Below, piece after piece: positions 23,831 through 35,949 of a DNA stretch of 64,000 bases. The DNA lies in NCBI RefSeq assembly GCF_009834535.1, contig NC_045697.1, forward strand, positions 110,734,001-110,798,000. Direction: 5' to 3'. A program made the translations under genes and the position numbers. Source of the stretch: Camelus ferus. Taxonomy: Eukaryota. The notes under the pieces were generated by a model that did not search any database, had not been told where the DNA came from, and was given only the letters and a program-made list of their open reading frames with translations. Each line of letters starts with the position of its first letter. Position 1 is the first letter of the stretch.

Positions 23831-26800
23831 TCAAGGAAGCTGAATTGATGAGTCAAGTAAATATAAAAGTGGATGTGAAGATATACATCCATAAAGATGT
23901 AAACGGTATGCTTTTCCCACTTTTATCATACAACTTGTAGAAAAGTAAGGTCTTAGCCATGTAGGAATCCAATAATGATGCATATTTGTTCAGGATTAGA
24001 TTGGTTTTATTTTTTGAAGGTCATTAAAGATAGACATTTGCATAGTTGAAATGAATGCTATTCATAGACTCCATTTATGGCTCACTCAGAATTATCTAGA
24101 ACCTTGTACAAGGGAAGCACGGAGCAGCCAGTGAAGTGTATATTAGTCATGATTCAGACAGCTAAGGAGAAGCCATTATAAGTATTTCTAGCAAAAGGTC
24201 ATTTAATACAAGAAATCAAAATCTTACAAAACCAATGAAGGAGCTGGAAAGGTGAAGGTTAGGAGGAGCCTCCACTGGCATTGAGGAAACCAGGAAGTGC
24301 AAAATTGCAGGAAACCACAACTAATATCTACAGCAGGAGTGTGGACAAAACACAGGAAACAGCACAGATTGATCTGTGAAAATATTATTACCTCCTGCTT
24401 AAGCCACATTCCCATAGACTCGGTCATGTCTTTTGCTTCTTTTACGCTTTCCAAAATTCATGTGAGTATCCCGCACTTGTGAAATAGAACTCAATTCTTG
24501 CTGGCAGGGATTTGAAGAAATGTAGTTCTTAGGTTTCCAGCCCCTGAGATACAAGGGGAGAGTTCAGAATATGGCACTTAATTGCTCTCTGAGAATCTGG
24601 AAATCTTGAGAACTGCCCAAATGATGTGATTTCTAGTTTCAACTGCATCTTCTTCTTCTCTGTACCTCTGGGTTCTTCAGAGTTGCAGTGATGCAAGTTA
24701 ACTAGATCTTTTTTTTTTTTTTTAATCTCTTATCCAGGCCAATGTGTTAAAGATACTCTTTAAAACTAGCCTATCAGTCCAGGTGGACCAAGGAGTAAAG
24801 TATAAGTAAAGATCATTTTTTCCTATGGTAGATTGATTGGAATACAGGAAGAGGGGATTATACTAAAGCTTTGAAAACAACAATCTAAAAACTACAGAGG
24901 GATATGCCTTCTGGGTTAGCTTCCTGGGATGAGCAAAGGAAATGGTGCTTCAGGGAGAAAAAAATCTTCAACATTTTCAAGTTCATGAGAGATTAAATAT
25001 TAAATTATGTGGCAGCAAAAAAATAAAGAGTTTACTTTTCCTTAAGAAAACCAAGACCATGAAGAAAAAATACAAAAATGGTGGAGAATTCAAATATCCT
25101 TCTGTCTTACAACATTAAACAAAGGTAGGAATTTAATTTAACAAAAGGGTTACTAAATGTTGATTTGTGAAGATTTATAAAAGGCACCTGTCTGTTAGAC
25201 CATTGACCTTTTTCTGTCTTGGTACACTGGTCAGATGTCCATAGACTTTACAAGTTCTCCTGGGTATGAAAGAGTTTATAGGAAAGATAACTGGGTTATG
25301 GCAATACACATGTTCTCTATAATTCCAACTCTTTTTTGTTAATTTGTGAATGTGTAATTGAATGGAAGTAAACAGAAATGACTAATCTTGAATCAACTCT
25401 CCTTTATAAACAAATCATTACCCAGTTTCAACACTTTAACAAATTACTTGAAAACACCACATATCTGATCATGATACAAGTATGAGTTGTCACATTAAAA
25501 TTTAAAAGTGCTTTCATTATCTTCAAAAGAAAAAAAGAAAAAGCAAGTGAATATCTTTATTTTTTGTCCTCATAGGAAAGTAACACACATTGTAAAAAAA
25601 AAATACATGTGTGTGTATATATGCAGAAATACACACATATTTAATTATAAAAAAAAAACCCTGATGTACATTATCATTCAATATCATACATTGTCTGTAC
25701 AAAACATTCAACCATCTAACAGTGATTATTAACCTTTTTCCATATGACATACTGTTCCTCTCATGGTCCTACAGAAGTAACTATCACTGGGCTGTGGGTG
25801 GGGCAGGGTGAGGAGGGTGGGGGAATGTGTTCTGAAATTTGCACAAAAATAATTTGAATATAAACTGCTTTGCATACATTTGCATAAAAGCTCCTTGGTG
25901 AGTGTAACCAATTTTCTCCAACCAGTTGATAAGAGAAGATAACACATATCAACCTGGTGCTTATCATTTTGAACACCAACACATTTAGAAATGATGTCAT
26001 CTATCAGGATAGAATAAGCCACAATCAGCCTCTAAGGACACGTAGGTCTCTTGTGCAATTATTCCTGTTCTCTGATAGAAGAAAATCGGAGTCTTGTTTT
26101 GAGAATGCAATTGAAGGGGAGAGAAAAGTAGATTCAAGGGACATACTTAGAGTCAGGACTGCTGAGTGCACTGTGTAGATTAAGTTGGAGCCAAATACCA
26201 TCAGTCAAAAGAGATCTACAGTGAGATCTGGATTCCATCGGACTTAACCATATTGAGGGATACAGCAACAGGGGCCAGGAGAACAGAGATAATGTAATTT
26301 TAGATTCGCTGCACTAATAAAAACAGTTTGACGCTGAAGAATTTCTTCTGCCTTTTTGTTCCGGGAAAAGTGATTTACTGGAAATAAAAGCTTCCTACTT
26401 ACTACAAGGACAACCGCATGTAAGCAATTGCTATCATCGTTTTTGTGAAAGGCACAAAAAACCTCACAAATGGACAGCTACAGTATACTTCATAGCTTAC
26501 AACCTCTAAAGCTCCACGAGATTTGTTTCCATGATAAAGATTTTATACTTATTTTCTGCTGTTTAGCTTGAAAGTCTAAAGTTAGATGAAACTCTCATGA
26601 AAATTATTTGTAATTGTCATGACATTCCAAGACATGAAACAGATGATTATAGTCATGAGTATTCATTAAAATACAGGTCCTAGTAGCCTTTTTTTTTTTT
26701 TTTTTTTTTTTTGGTGGATACAGTTTAAAGAATACTAATGGAATTTTGGAACTGTTCATGTTGTGCTATGGTGTTATTTTTATGAAAAGCAGAGCTGAGC

Positions 26801-27829
26801 ATATGCCTTGAGCAGTTTTGCTGCTAGTGCTAATCACCTGCACTGATATATTATTCACCGTCTCTTACTGATTACGCTTTGCCCACCAGCACATTCTTAA
26901 AGGTATGACTGTGCAAGGGAGTTATGTCATCCTTGCAGGGAACTCACAGTGATCAACAAACTAACAGCATTCCTGCCAATAGCTTCTGTTATTCCCAAGC
27001 CTAAGTCTCTCTCATCAGTTCCTCTCTCCTGCTGTCCTCCTTCCCAGGTCTGTCTTCCACTGACACAGACTGGCTGGAAGGACAGGTGAGGTGAGCGGGG
27101 CTCCAAGGAGCAGGTGAAGCAAGGAAGGCCAGTAGATGAAATCTGCGTCAGGCAAGGTTTAAAGCTGGAGAGTCCGGAGCAACGGCCAAGTTCAAGGGAG
27201 CCGAGTCTTAAAGGGATCATGGAACTAAGTGTCAACATCTGGGCAGGGCCTAGACCGAACCAGGAATTAGAAACAGTGGGAAGAGAGGGAGGGAGGGGCA
27301 AAGAAATGACCGCAGCAATGTGGATAGCAGCGCGGAGTGTGGAGTCCTAGACCAAGGTGGAAAATCCCAGATAAGCATCTCCTGACGTAAACTGTGTACG
27401 CTTACGACAGCAATGAGCACTCCTTAGTTAAAATCACCTGCAAGCTCTCATAACTCTCTAGAACATGTTCATTTAATTATTTTTTAGTAGCTGGGAGTAT
27501 ATTCATTCAATACATAATTACGTAAGTTTTCTGAGCCTGAAAATAGTAAATTCTTGTGATAATTACTTCCTGTTTTTCATCCTGTTGAGAACGAGGAATA
27601 TGTGAGGGAGTGTTCTCTGTGGAGAGAGGGAGACGTGAAGGGGAAAGAGCAGACAACATTCTAAGAAAAGGGAGTAGAAGACCCCAGTATTTTCCTGTTT
27701 GCCCACTTTGGGTGGATCTAATGGGTACCAACTGCCTGGACGATTCCTGAATTTCTGCAGCATTGCTGAAACTCCAGCCAGCCCCAGCACACAGCGTCAA
27801 TCCCCTACCATTTTATACTTTAATTAAAA

Positions 27830-29320
27830 TAAAATTTACAGCTAAATTCACAGATTTGGGCACATGATTCCATGTGTGTTGACAACTATATACACATATG
27901 GAACCATTTACCTCTGTCAAAATATAGACTATTTTCATCACTTCATAGTTTCTTTCATGTCCATTTCCAGTCAATTTCCACCCTATCTTAATAGCAAACC
28001 ATAAATTAATTATCTCTATTCTTCAACTTCATACACATGGAAACACAGATTATGGACTGTTTGGTCTCTGGCATCTTTTACATAATATAGTGATTTGGAG
28101 ATTCATCCATGTTGTCATGTCATTCATTCATTTTTATTTTATTATGGGGTCATATTCAATTGTATGACTACACTACAATTTATTTATCTACTCTCCTCTT
28201 GATAGACATTTGGATTATTTCAAGGTTTGGGTTGTTATGACTAAATCTGCTATAAATATTTTTTCCTAAGTCTCTTTGTGGACATATATTTTTATGTTCC
28301 TCAGGAAAATCCAAGCAGCTGAATTACTAGGTCATGGAGTAGATATATAGTTAACTTTATATAAGAAACAACCAAAGCATTTTTCAAATGGTGTTACACT
28401 CTCACTTGAAAAAATATGAGAGATCCAGTTGCTCCATACTTTGCAACATTTAGTGTTGCCAGATTTTTAAATTCTTTTCTATTGTACTGGAAATCCCACC
28501 GTGTCTTTGAGCTGCACTTCTCTGAGGATTGACAATTTGATCACCTCTTCTTATGCTTATTCACCGTTCATATATCTTCTTTGGAGACATGACTATTCAT
28601 GTCTATTGTGCATTTAAAAAAATTGGATTTAATTGTCTTTTTTTTAATTGAGTTGTGGGTCTTTCTAAATTCTGGATATATATTTATAATCTGGATATAT
28701 TCTCCCAAATACATGTGTCACAAATGATTTTTCACAGGAAATGATAAAAGTTTTTAATTTTGATCAAGTTCAATTTATCAGTTTCTCTTTTAATGTTTTT
28801 TTTTTTGTGTCCTCTCTGAGAACTCTAATTATTTACCCCAAAGCCAGAAAGATACTATGTTTTCCCAGAAGCTTTATACTTTTAGCTTTTACATCCAGGA
28901 TTCATCTCAATTAATATTTGTGTTTGGAATTTATTAATTTTTCATATCTTTATCCAATTCTTCTGGCACCAATGATTAAATTAATTTCCCACATTGAATT
29001 ACCCTGGCATCCTTGTTAAAAATTAATTAACTATAAATGCATAGAAATATTCCTGACTATTATATCTACTTGATCTATTTGTCTATCCTTAAACTAATAC
29101 CACTGTCTAGATTACTGTGTAGCTTAAAATCTTGTAATTATATTTACCACATTTGTGCTTTTTTTGCGATATAATTTTGGCCATACTCAGGCCTTTGCAT
29201 TTCCATGTAAATTTTAGAACCAGCTTGTCAGTTTCTATAGAAAAACACTCTAGAATTATGGTTGAGGTTACATTGGCTCTATAGATCGAATTAGGAAGAA
29301 CTGAATTCTAACAACACTAA
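27830..29320 (-). mobile_element. Old LINE-1 (L1M-type) 3' region
   Basis: Degenerate antisense L1 motifs (gagattcatccatgttg, gatagacatttgga, ttttagaaccagcttgtcagtttc). Confidence 0.75.
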
Positions 29321-29324
29321 GCCT

Positions 29325-30960
29325 TTTTTTAAACAATGTTTTAAATTGAAGTATAGTCAGTTACAATATGTCGATTTCTGGTGTACACTATAATGTCCTT
29401 GTCATACACATACATACATATATTCTTTTTCATTAAAACTTATTACAAGATATTGAATGTAGTTACCTGTGTTATACAGAAAAATTTTGTTTTTTTATCT
29501 TTTTTTATATATAGTAGTTAATATTTGCAAATCTCAAACTCCCATTTATCCCTTTCCACCCTCTTTCCCTCCAGTAACCATCAGATTGTTTACTATGTCT
29601 TTGAGTCTGTTTCTGTTTTGTAGATGAGTTCATTAGTGTCTTCTTTTATTCTTTTCTTTAGATTCCACACATGAGTGACATCAAATAACATTTTTCTTTC
29701 TCTTTCTGGCTTACTTCATCTAGAATGGCGATCTGCAAGTCCAACCATGTTGGTACAAATGGCATTATTTTATTCTTTATATAGCTGAGCAGTACTCCAT
29801 TGCATAAATATACCACAATTTCTTTATCCAGTTATCTGTCAATGGACATTTAGGTTGCTTCCATGTCTTGGTTACTGTATATAACAGTGCTGCTATGAAC
29901 ATTGAGGTGCATGTATCTTTTTGAATTAGAGTTCCCTCCAGATATATGCCTAGAAGCGGGATTGCTGGATCATATGGTAAGTACATTTTTAGTTTTTTGA
30001 GGAAACTCCATACTGTTTTCCATAATGGCTGCACCAAACTACATTCCCACCAACAGTGTAGGAGGGTTCCCTTTTCTCCACACCCTCTTCGACATTCATC
30101 GTTGGTAGATTATTTAATGATGGTCATTCTGACTAGTGTGAGGTGATACTTCATTGTAGTTTTGATTTGCATTTCTCTGATAATTAGTGATATTAAGCAT
30201 TTTTTCATGTGCCTATTGGCCATTTGTATGTCTTCATTTGAGAATTGCTTGTTTAGGTCTTCTGTCCATTTTTGGATTGGATTATTTGGTTTTTGTTATT
30301 AAGCTGTATGAGCTGTTTATATGTGTTGGAAATGAAAACTCTGTCAGTCGCATCATTTGCAAATGTTTTCTCCCACTCCCAAGGTTATCTTTTTGTTTGG
30401 CTGATGGTTCCCTTTGCTGTGCAAAAGCTTATAAGTTTATGAGACAGAGCCAACATGGCAGAGTAGAGAGACTCACAGCTCACCCTCTCCCACAAATACA
30501 CCAATAATTACATCTAAATACCTACTGAATCACACAGAAACCTACTGAAATCTGGCAGAATATTCTCGTTTTGAAATACAGAAGGATTCTCACAAAATCC
30601 AGTAAGAAAAAAAAAGGAAAAATTAAAAATTGGTGCAGGACCAATCCTGCAGGGAGAGAGTGGCATAGGCACCCTCATGCTGGGATGTCCCCTCTCCAAC
30701 TGAGAGGTCAGTGGGGACAAAAGCAGAGCTTCCGAGGCTCAGAGGAGAAATTGACAGCAGACAGAACCAAGGGAAACTGACACGGAGGGTCCCTGCGATC
30801 CCAGGCCATAGACACGAGCCTGCAGGGACGAGCTGGGACGGGCTACTGGAAATCAGTGAGGAGCCGGGGCAGAGGGCTGGGGCCCACCGCACAGAGGCAG
30901 CCTCAGGGGACTGGAGGGCAGTGTGAGCTCTGGCTGGGGGTGTGTGTGGAACAGAACAGC
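29325..30960 (-). mobile_element. LINE-1 3' end (minus) joined to an L1 5' UTR-like segment in opposite orientation
   Basis: Poly(T) at ~29325 and antisense ORF2 C-terminus (ORF 29777..30037) up to ~30440, then a plus-strand caacatggcagagtag...ctcaccctctcccacaaatacacc, typical of an L1 5' start. Confidence 0.75.
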
Positions 30961-33812
30961 CTGATCACAATGTTATATACCAGTTACGTCTCAATAAAGC
31001 TGAAAAAAATACATGTTACAGGCAAAGGATAAATCAGTAACAATGCGTAAAACCGTACTGATACAGGTATTGATATTCAAAACTACTCCTTGTTAAGTAT
31101 GCATATTCAAACATAAGATTATAATTTTTACCTATTAGAGAATCAAATTTCCAAAAGTTTGATCATGCACACTTTAGTAAACATATTTATATGCAGTTGA
31201 TGACATTCCATAAATTTAGGTGTAAATTCTTTGGAATGAAATTTGGCAAATTTATATGCTTCCATTTTTAAATGCATACATCCTTTAATCAACTAATCTA
31301 AATTCTACACATTGTGTGCTACAGATATGTTTGTGACTGATCTCAGTGCAAAAGAGGTTCCAGCAGTTTGTTTTCTAATCTACGTTCCTGCCCATTTTTG
31401 GTATGTGCTTGCCATTTGTTAAGAGGTAAAAAAAAAGCTACTAATTCTATTTAGAAGAAGAATATACAGATACACATAGTAACTACTAGAGAATTATAAT
31501 TCAAAGTATTAAAATGATTATCTCTGTGTTGCAGAACTTTTGTTCTTCATTTTTTCTGTATTCAAATTTTTATGACATAATTATATTTTATTTATATATT
31601 CAGAGAAAAACACAATGTCATGTTCAAAATGCTGGTATTCCTCAAGTATCCTCAATTCCCTCTGCCAACCACTGTCAATGACATCCCGACTAATCTAAAT
31701 TTTTATCTCTGAATTAGCTGTCACATTTTCGCTCCAATCCTAGAAGTCCAACTGGCGGTTGGATACATTCTCCTGCTAATTTCATGAATACCTTGTATCT
31801 ATCACATCTAATTATATGTCTCCTTCATTAGGGATTTATTTTTAGCTGGCTGGTCCATTGGAAAAGATCGAGTTAATGGAGTCTCAATGGTAAGTTTGAG
31901 ATAGTGTGTTTTCACTTCAATAGGAAAAAAAATATTTAACTTGATGAGATGAATTACCACTCCTAAAATTTTGGGTATCAGTGGAGAATAAAGGTTAGGA
32001 CATACGTTTCTCAGTCTTCTGAATTTACTGCACGTAGAAACTTGCAGGTTCTGCCCAAGCATACTGCTTGCCAGGCAAAGAAACAAGGTCAGTTATTTCT
32101 TTTGTTACTACTTGAACCCTGTGAAGGCAGCTCTGTAAAGGATAACAGTGTGGCCTTTAATGAGGTTTCAGGCTGTAACTCTTTAGCATATGTTTTCCAG
32201 GAGTGTGATGAGATTACGTATAAGGGTCTATCCGTATTTATGAACTGGCCCATTTCCTTTTAAGCACACTGACTCTTTTCTTTAGATTCCTGACATGGCT
32301 TTAGAGACTGAGTAACTTAAATGCTGAGATAGGAAGATATTTGGGTAACGTTTATTAGTGTTTTCAATTTGGCACAGCTAAGCCGGGAAGGAGATCATCA
32401 TAAAGAGTAAGGAAGCTTTACCCATCCTGACCCCAGTTCTAGAGTCCTGGCTTCACCATTTACTCCCTCACATTAGGACACTTCTGGCTTGACTGGTACC
32501 CTCACCCACATGCCTAGGTTTTGTTAAAAATCAAGACCTTTGTAAAGAGATGCTTTTCCCCGGGCTGCCTTGCAGACGTGAACTGCAGATCAGGTTTATA
32601 GTCACTTAGTTTTCTATCTGGGAACTTATGAAAGACATAAAAATCATGAATTATATAAACTGTTAAATAAATGAAATTTATTCGACTCTGGCCAACAGAG
32701 AGCCCAGGAACATTATTAAGAAAATAAATTAGAAGTAACTCACTCGTTTTGGAAAGAACATGAAATAACACAAATACAGCCATTTGGGTGAAACTAACAC
32801 AGTTGTGACATTTAGAAAAAGTTTGCTGGTATAAAGACACTGGCTTTATAACCTATTGTGTACGCCCTACTTCTACATTTGGAAAAGTTATCTGAAATGT
32901 AGTAATAAAGTAAGTTTTCAAAAGAAGATTTTATTCAGAATTTGGTTATAGAACAGTTAATGACAACATCACATAGCATCGAGAGGGAAGGTTAAAAATA
33001 GTATTTTGTAGCTGAATTAGAACCTCTCCTAGTCTCAATTCTGCTATCTCTTGACCCAAGTATCTCTGTAACACTATCTAAAAACACATTTTTAGGCAGC
33101 ATCAAATAATTATTAAATTAGAGAACGAGCATTTTATATATTAAACAGAAATATTAGCGCCAGCTTATAGGATTGATACGGGTTTGCTAATGAGAAAGCG
33201 AGACCTGCATTAATTGTTTAAAGAGTTAACAAATTTCTGCTTACTGTAATGAAAGAAAAAATTTAAATATATAGGAATCTATCTAGCCCAGATTGAGAAT
33301 GATGTTGAGATCATATCTTTTTTGCAATGTAAGACATTGCAAATAAGTAAACCTAGAGATTAATAAAATGCTAAAATGGACTAAAGGGAAAATCAGTGTA
33401 ACAGAAATTTAGCCTCAAGCCAAGAGAACTCTGACTCGTCAGAAGGCTCTCTTGTCACAAGGGTTTTTAGAAGAAGTAATATTCTTCCCAATGAAATGTC
33501 AAAGTCTTATAGATTAAAAATTTTAAACTGGACTGGATCTTGAAGTTTATAAAGCATCAATTATTAGTAGTTAGATGATTCTATCTGACTTTGTGAGATT
33601 TTCCTGCTTTTATTTCTATGATATGATAATTAAACCAAAATAATTCAAGCACCACATGGTGGGCTGCAGGTCTTTTGGGTGTTTTTTTTTTGTTTTGTTT
33701 TGTTTTGTTTTTTGCTGCAAAGGGTAATTTAATGCCCTTTATTCTCATAATCCCCCAGATCTAATAGTTCATGTTACCACCAGAGCTTACCTCTCTTATT
33801 CTTATGTGTTTC

Positions 33813-34699
33813 TTTTTTTAAACATTTTTTATTGATTTATAATCATTTTACAATGTTGTGTCAAATTCCAGTGTTCAGCACAATTTTTTCAGTTATACAT
33901 GAACATATATATATTTATTGTCACTTTTTTTTCTCTGTGAGCTACCATAAGATTTTGTATATATTTCCCTGTGCTATACAATACAATCTTGCTTATCTAT
34001 TCTACAATTCTGAAATCCCAGTCTATCTCTACCCACCCCCTGCCCCCTTGGCAACCACAAGTTTATATTCTATTTCTGTGAGTCTATTTCTGTTTGGTAT
34101 TTATGCTTTCTTTTGTTTTTTTCTTCTTTTTAGATTCCACATATAAGCAAGCTCATATGGTGTTTTTCTTTCTCTTTCTGGCTTACTTCACTTAGAATGA
34201 CATTCTCCAGGAGCATCCACGTTGCTGCATATGGCCTTATGTTGTCAGTTTTTATGGCTGAGTAGTATTCCATTGTATAAATATACCACCACTTCTTTAT
34301 CCAGTCATCTGTTGATGGACATTTAGGCTGTTTCCATGTCTTGGCTACTGTAAATAATGCTGCTATGAACATTGGGGTGCAAGGAAGACATACAAATGAT
34401 CAATAGGCACATGAAAAAATGCTCAATATCACTAATTATCAGAGAAATGCAAATCAAAACTACAATGAGGTATCACCTCACACCAGTCAGAATGCCCATC
34501 ATTCAAAAATCCACAAGTGACAAATGCTGGAGAGGCTGTGGCGAAAAGGGAACCCTCCTTCACTGCTGGTGGGAATGCAGTTTGGTGCAGCCACTGTGGA
34601 AAACAGTATGGAGATTCCTCAAAAGACTAGGAATAGACTTACTGTATGACCCAGGAATCCCGCTTCTGGGCATATATCCAGAAGGAACCCTACTTCAGG
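33813..34699 (-). mobile_element. Young LINE-1 with 5' inversion (twin priming)
   Basis: Antisense 3' end at 33813-34380, then a sense ORF2 segment at 34381-34699; both match the intact copy at 37561-38460. Confidence 0.93.
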
Positions 34700-35463
34700 T
34701 TGGGTGTTTGGTTTAACTTCAAGGGTCTGTAACTCCATATGCACACTAAGTGTTGTCTGTTGATTGAATAAATAATGCACTGAGTACACAAATGCACTAT
34801 CCTATTTCAAATACATGAGATCCTGTTTTGATTAATAAAAATTCAGCATGGCATTTAATCATTAGGCATTTTATCAATGAATACATACCAGAAACGTAAT
34901 TTTATTCTAGTGGGATCCATAATTTTTAGACCATGTCAAGCAATGTTTATGCAAGAAATGGCTAGAATTCATACTTTCAAAGTTAATATTTTATATCAGG
35001 CTCCAACTAACAACAGTTCAATTTTAAATAACCTGATTTGGCAGACTTTATCATTAAATAAATAACGAATCAGCTTCAGCCACGTTTAACAGCCTATAAT
35101 AGGCAAGAAAGATACAAACTGGTAAGATATTGAGACCTAGTCCAGAGGATTTCCAGCTTTTGACTGAGCTCATCTTCTTGCACTCAACAAATTAAAAACT
35201 CTTTCCTTAAAGTGTTTCCTCTTGCTTATATTTACCGTAATATTTAGTAATACTGGCGTTCAACCTATAGGTCAGAGAGTGATCTTGAATTCTCCCATCC
35301 TCCACAATATAAATTCTTCCAAGAGTCCATCTGTCTTCATCCCTGCCATATGTGCTTCAGTTTTTGCTTTAATGAGGAGCACTGAAACTCCCTCCTAAAT
35401 GGACCTTTGCTTCCAACCTTGTTTGCCCCAGTCCAATGCATACACCATACTCTGCTAAGATAT

Positions 35464-35863
35464 TGTTAAAGTAACCAGATTAAGCCCAAGATAGGGTCAC
35501 TCATGCTAAGCCCTACATCAGGAAACCAAAACTTAACTAAGTTTTTATATGTGACTTTCCCAGAAAAAAAAAAAGGTCCTAGGTCAACCAATCAGTGTTT
35601 GCCTGCTCAGAGCAAGTTACCTGACGCAGCTCCAAGTCTCCCCTTTGCTCCATGTAAAGGAGATAACCCTGCTTTAGCCAAAAAGCAAATGCCCAGTGTA
35701 ACTTCCTTGTCACTGCTCTCTTCTTCCTACAAAAGCTCTTGCTTTGTACAGCTTTTGGGAGCTCCTTTCTGTCTGCTGGGTTGGATGCTGCCTGATTCAT
35801 GAATCACGGAATAAAGCCAATAAAATCTTTAAAATGTGCTCAGTTGGATTTTGTTCCTTAACA
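35464..35863 (+). mobile_element. Solo LTR, ERV1-like, 400 bp
   Basis: Termini TGTTAA...TTAACA; 4-bp flanks atat/atag; CCAAT (aaccaatcag) at ~35589; two AATAAA at ~35810-35824. Confidence 0.8.
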
Positions 35864-35949
35864 ATAGCATGTTAAAGTCCATTTTGATCACATCATCTAC
35901 TGTTGAAATCTTTCAACTGCTCCCTATTATTTGGAGGACAAAATTTGAA

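Noticed and set aside
26900..27420. Locally GC-richer patch with a TGACGT half-site and short ORFs
   Set aside because: No recognisable protein or splice structure; an enhancer role cannot be supported from sequence alone.
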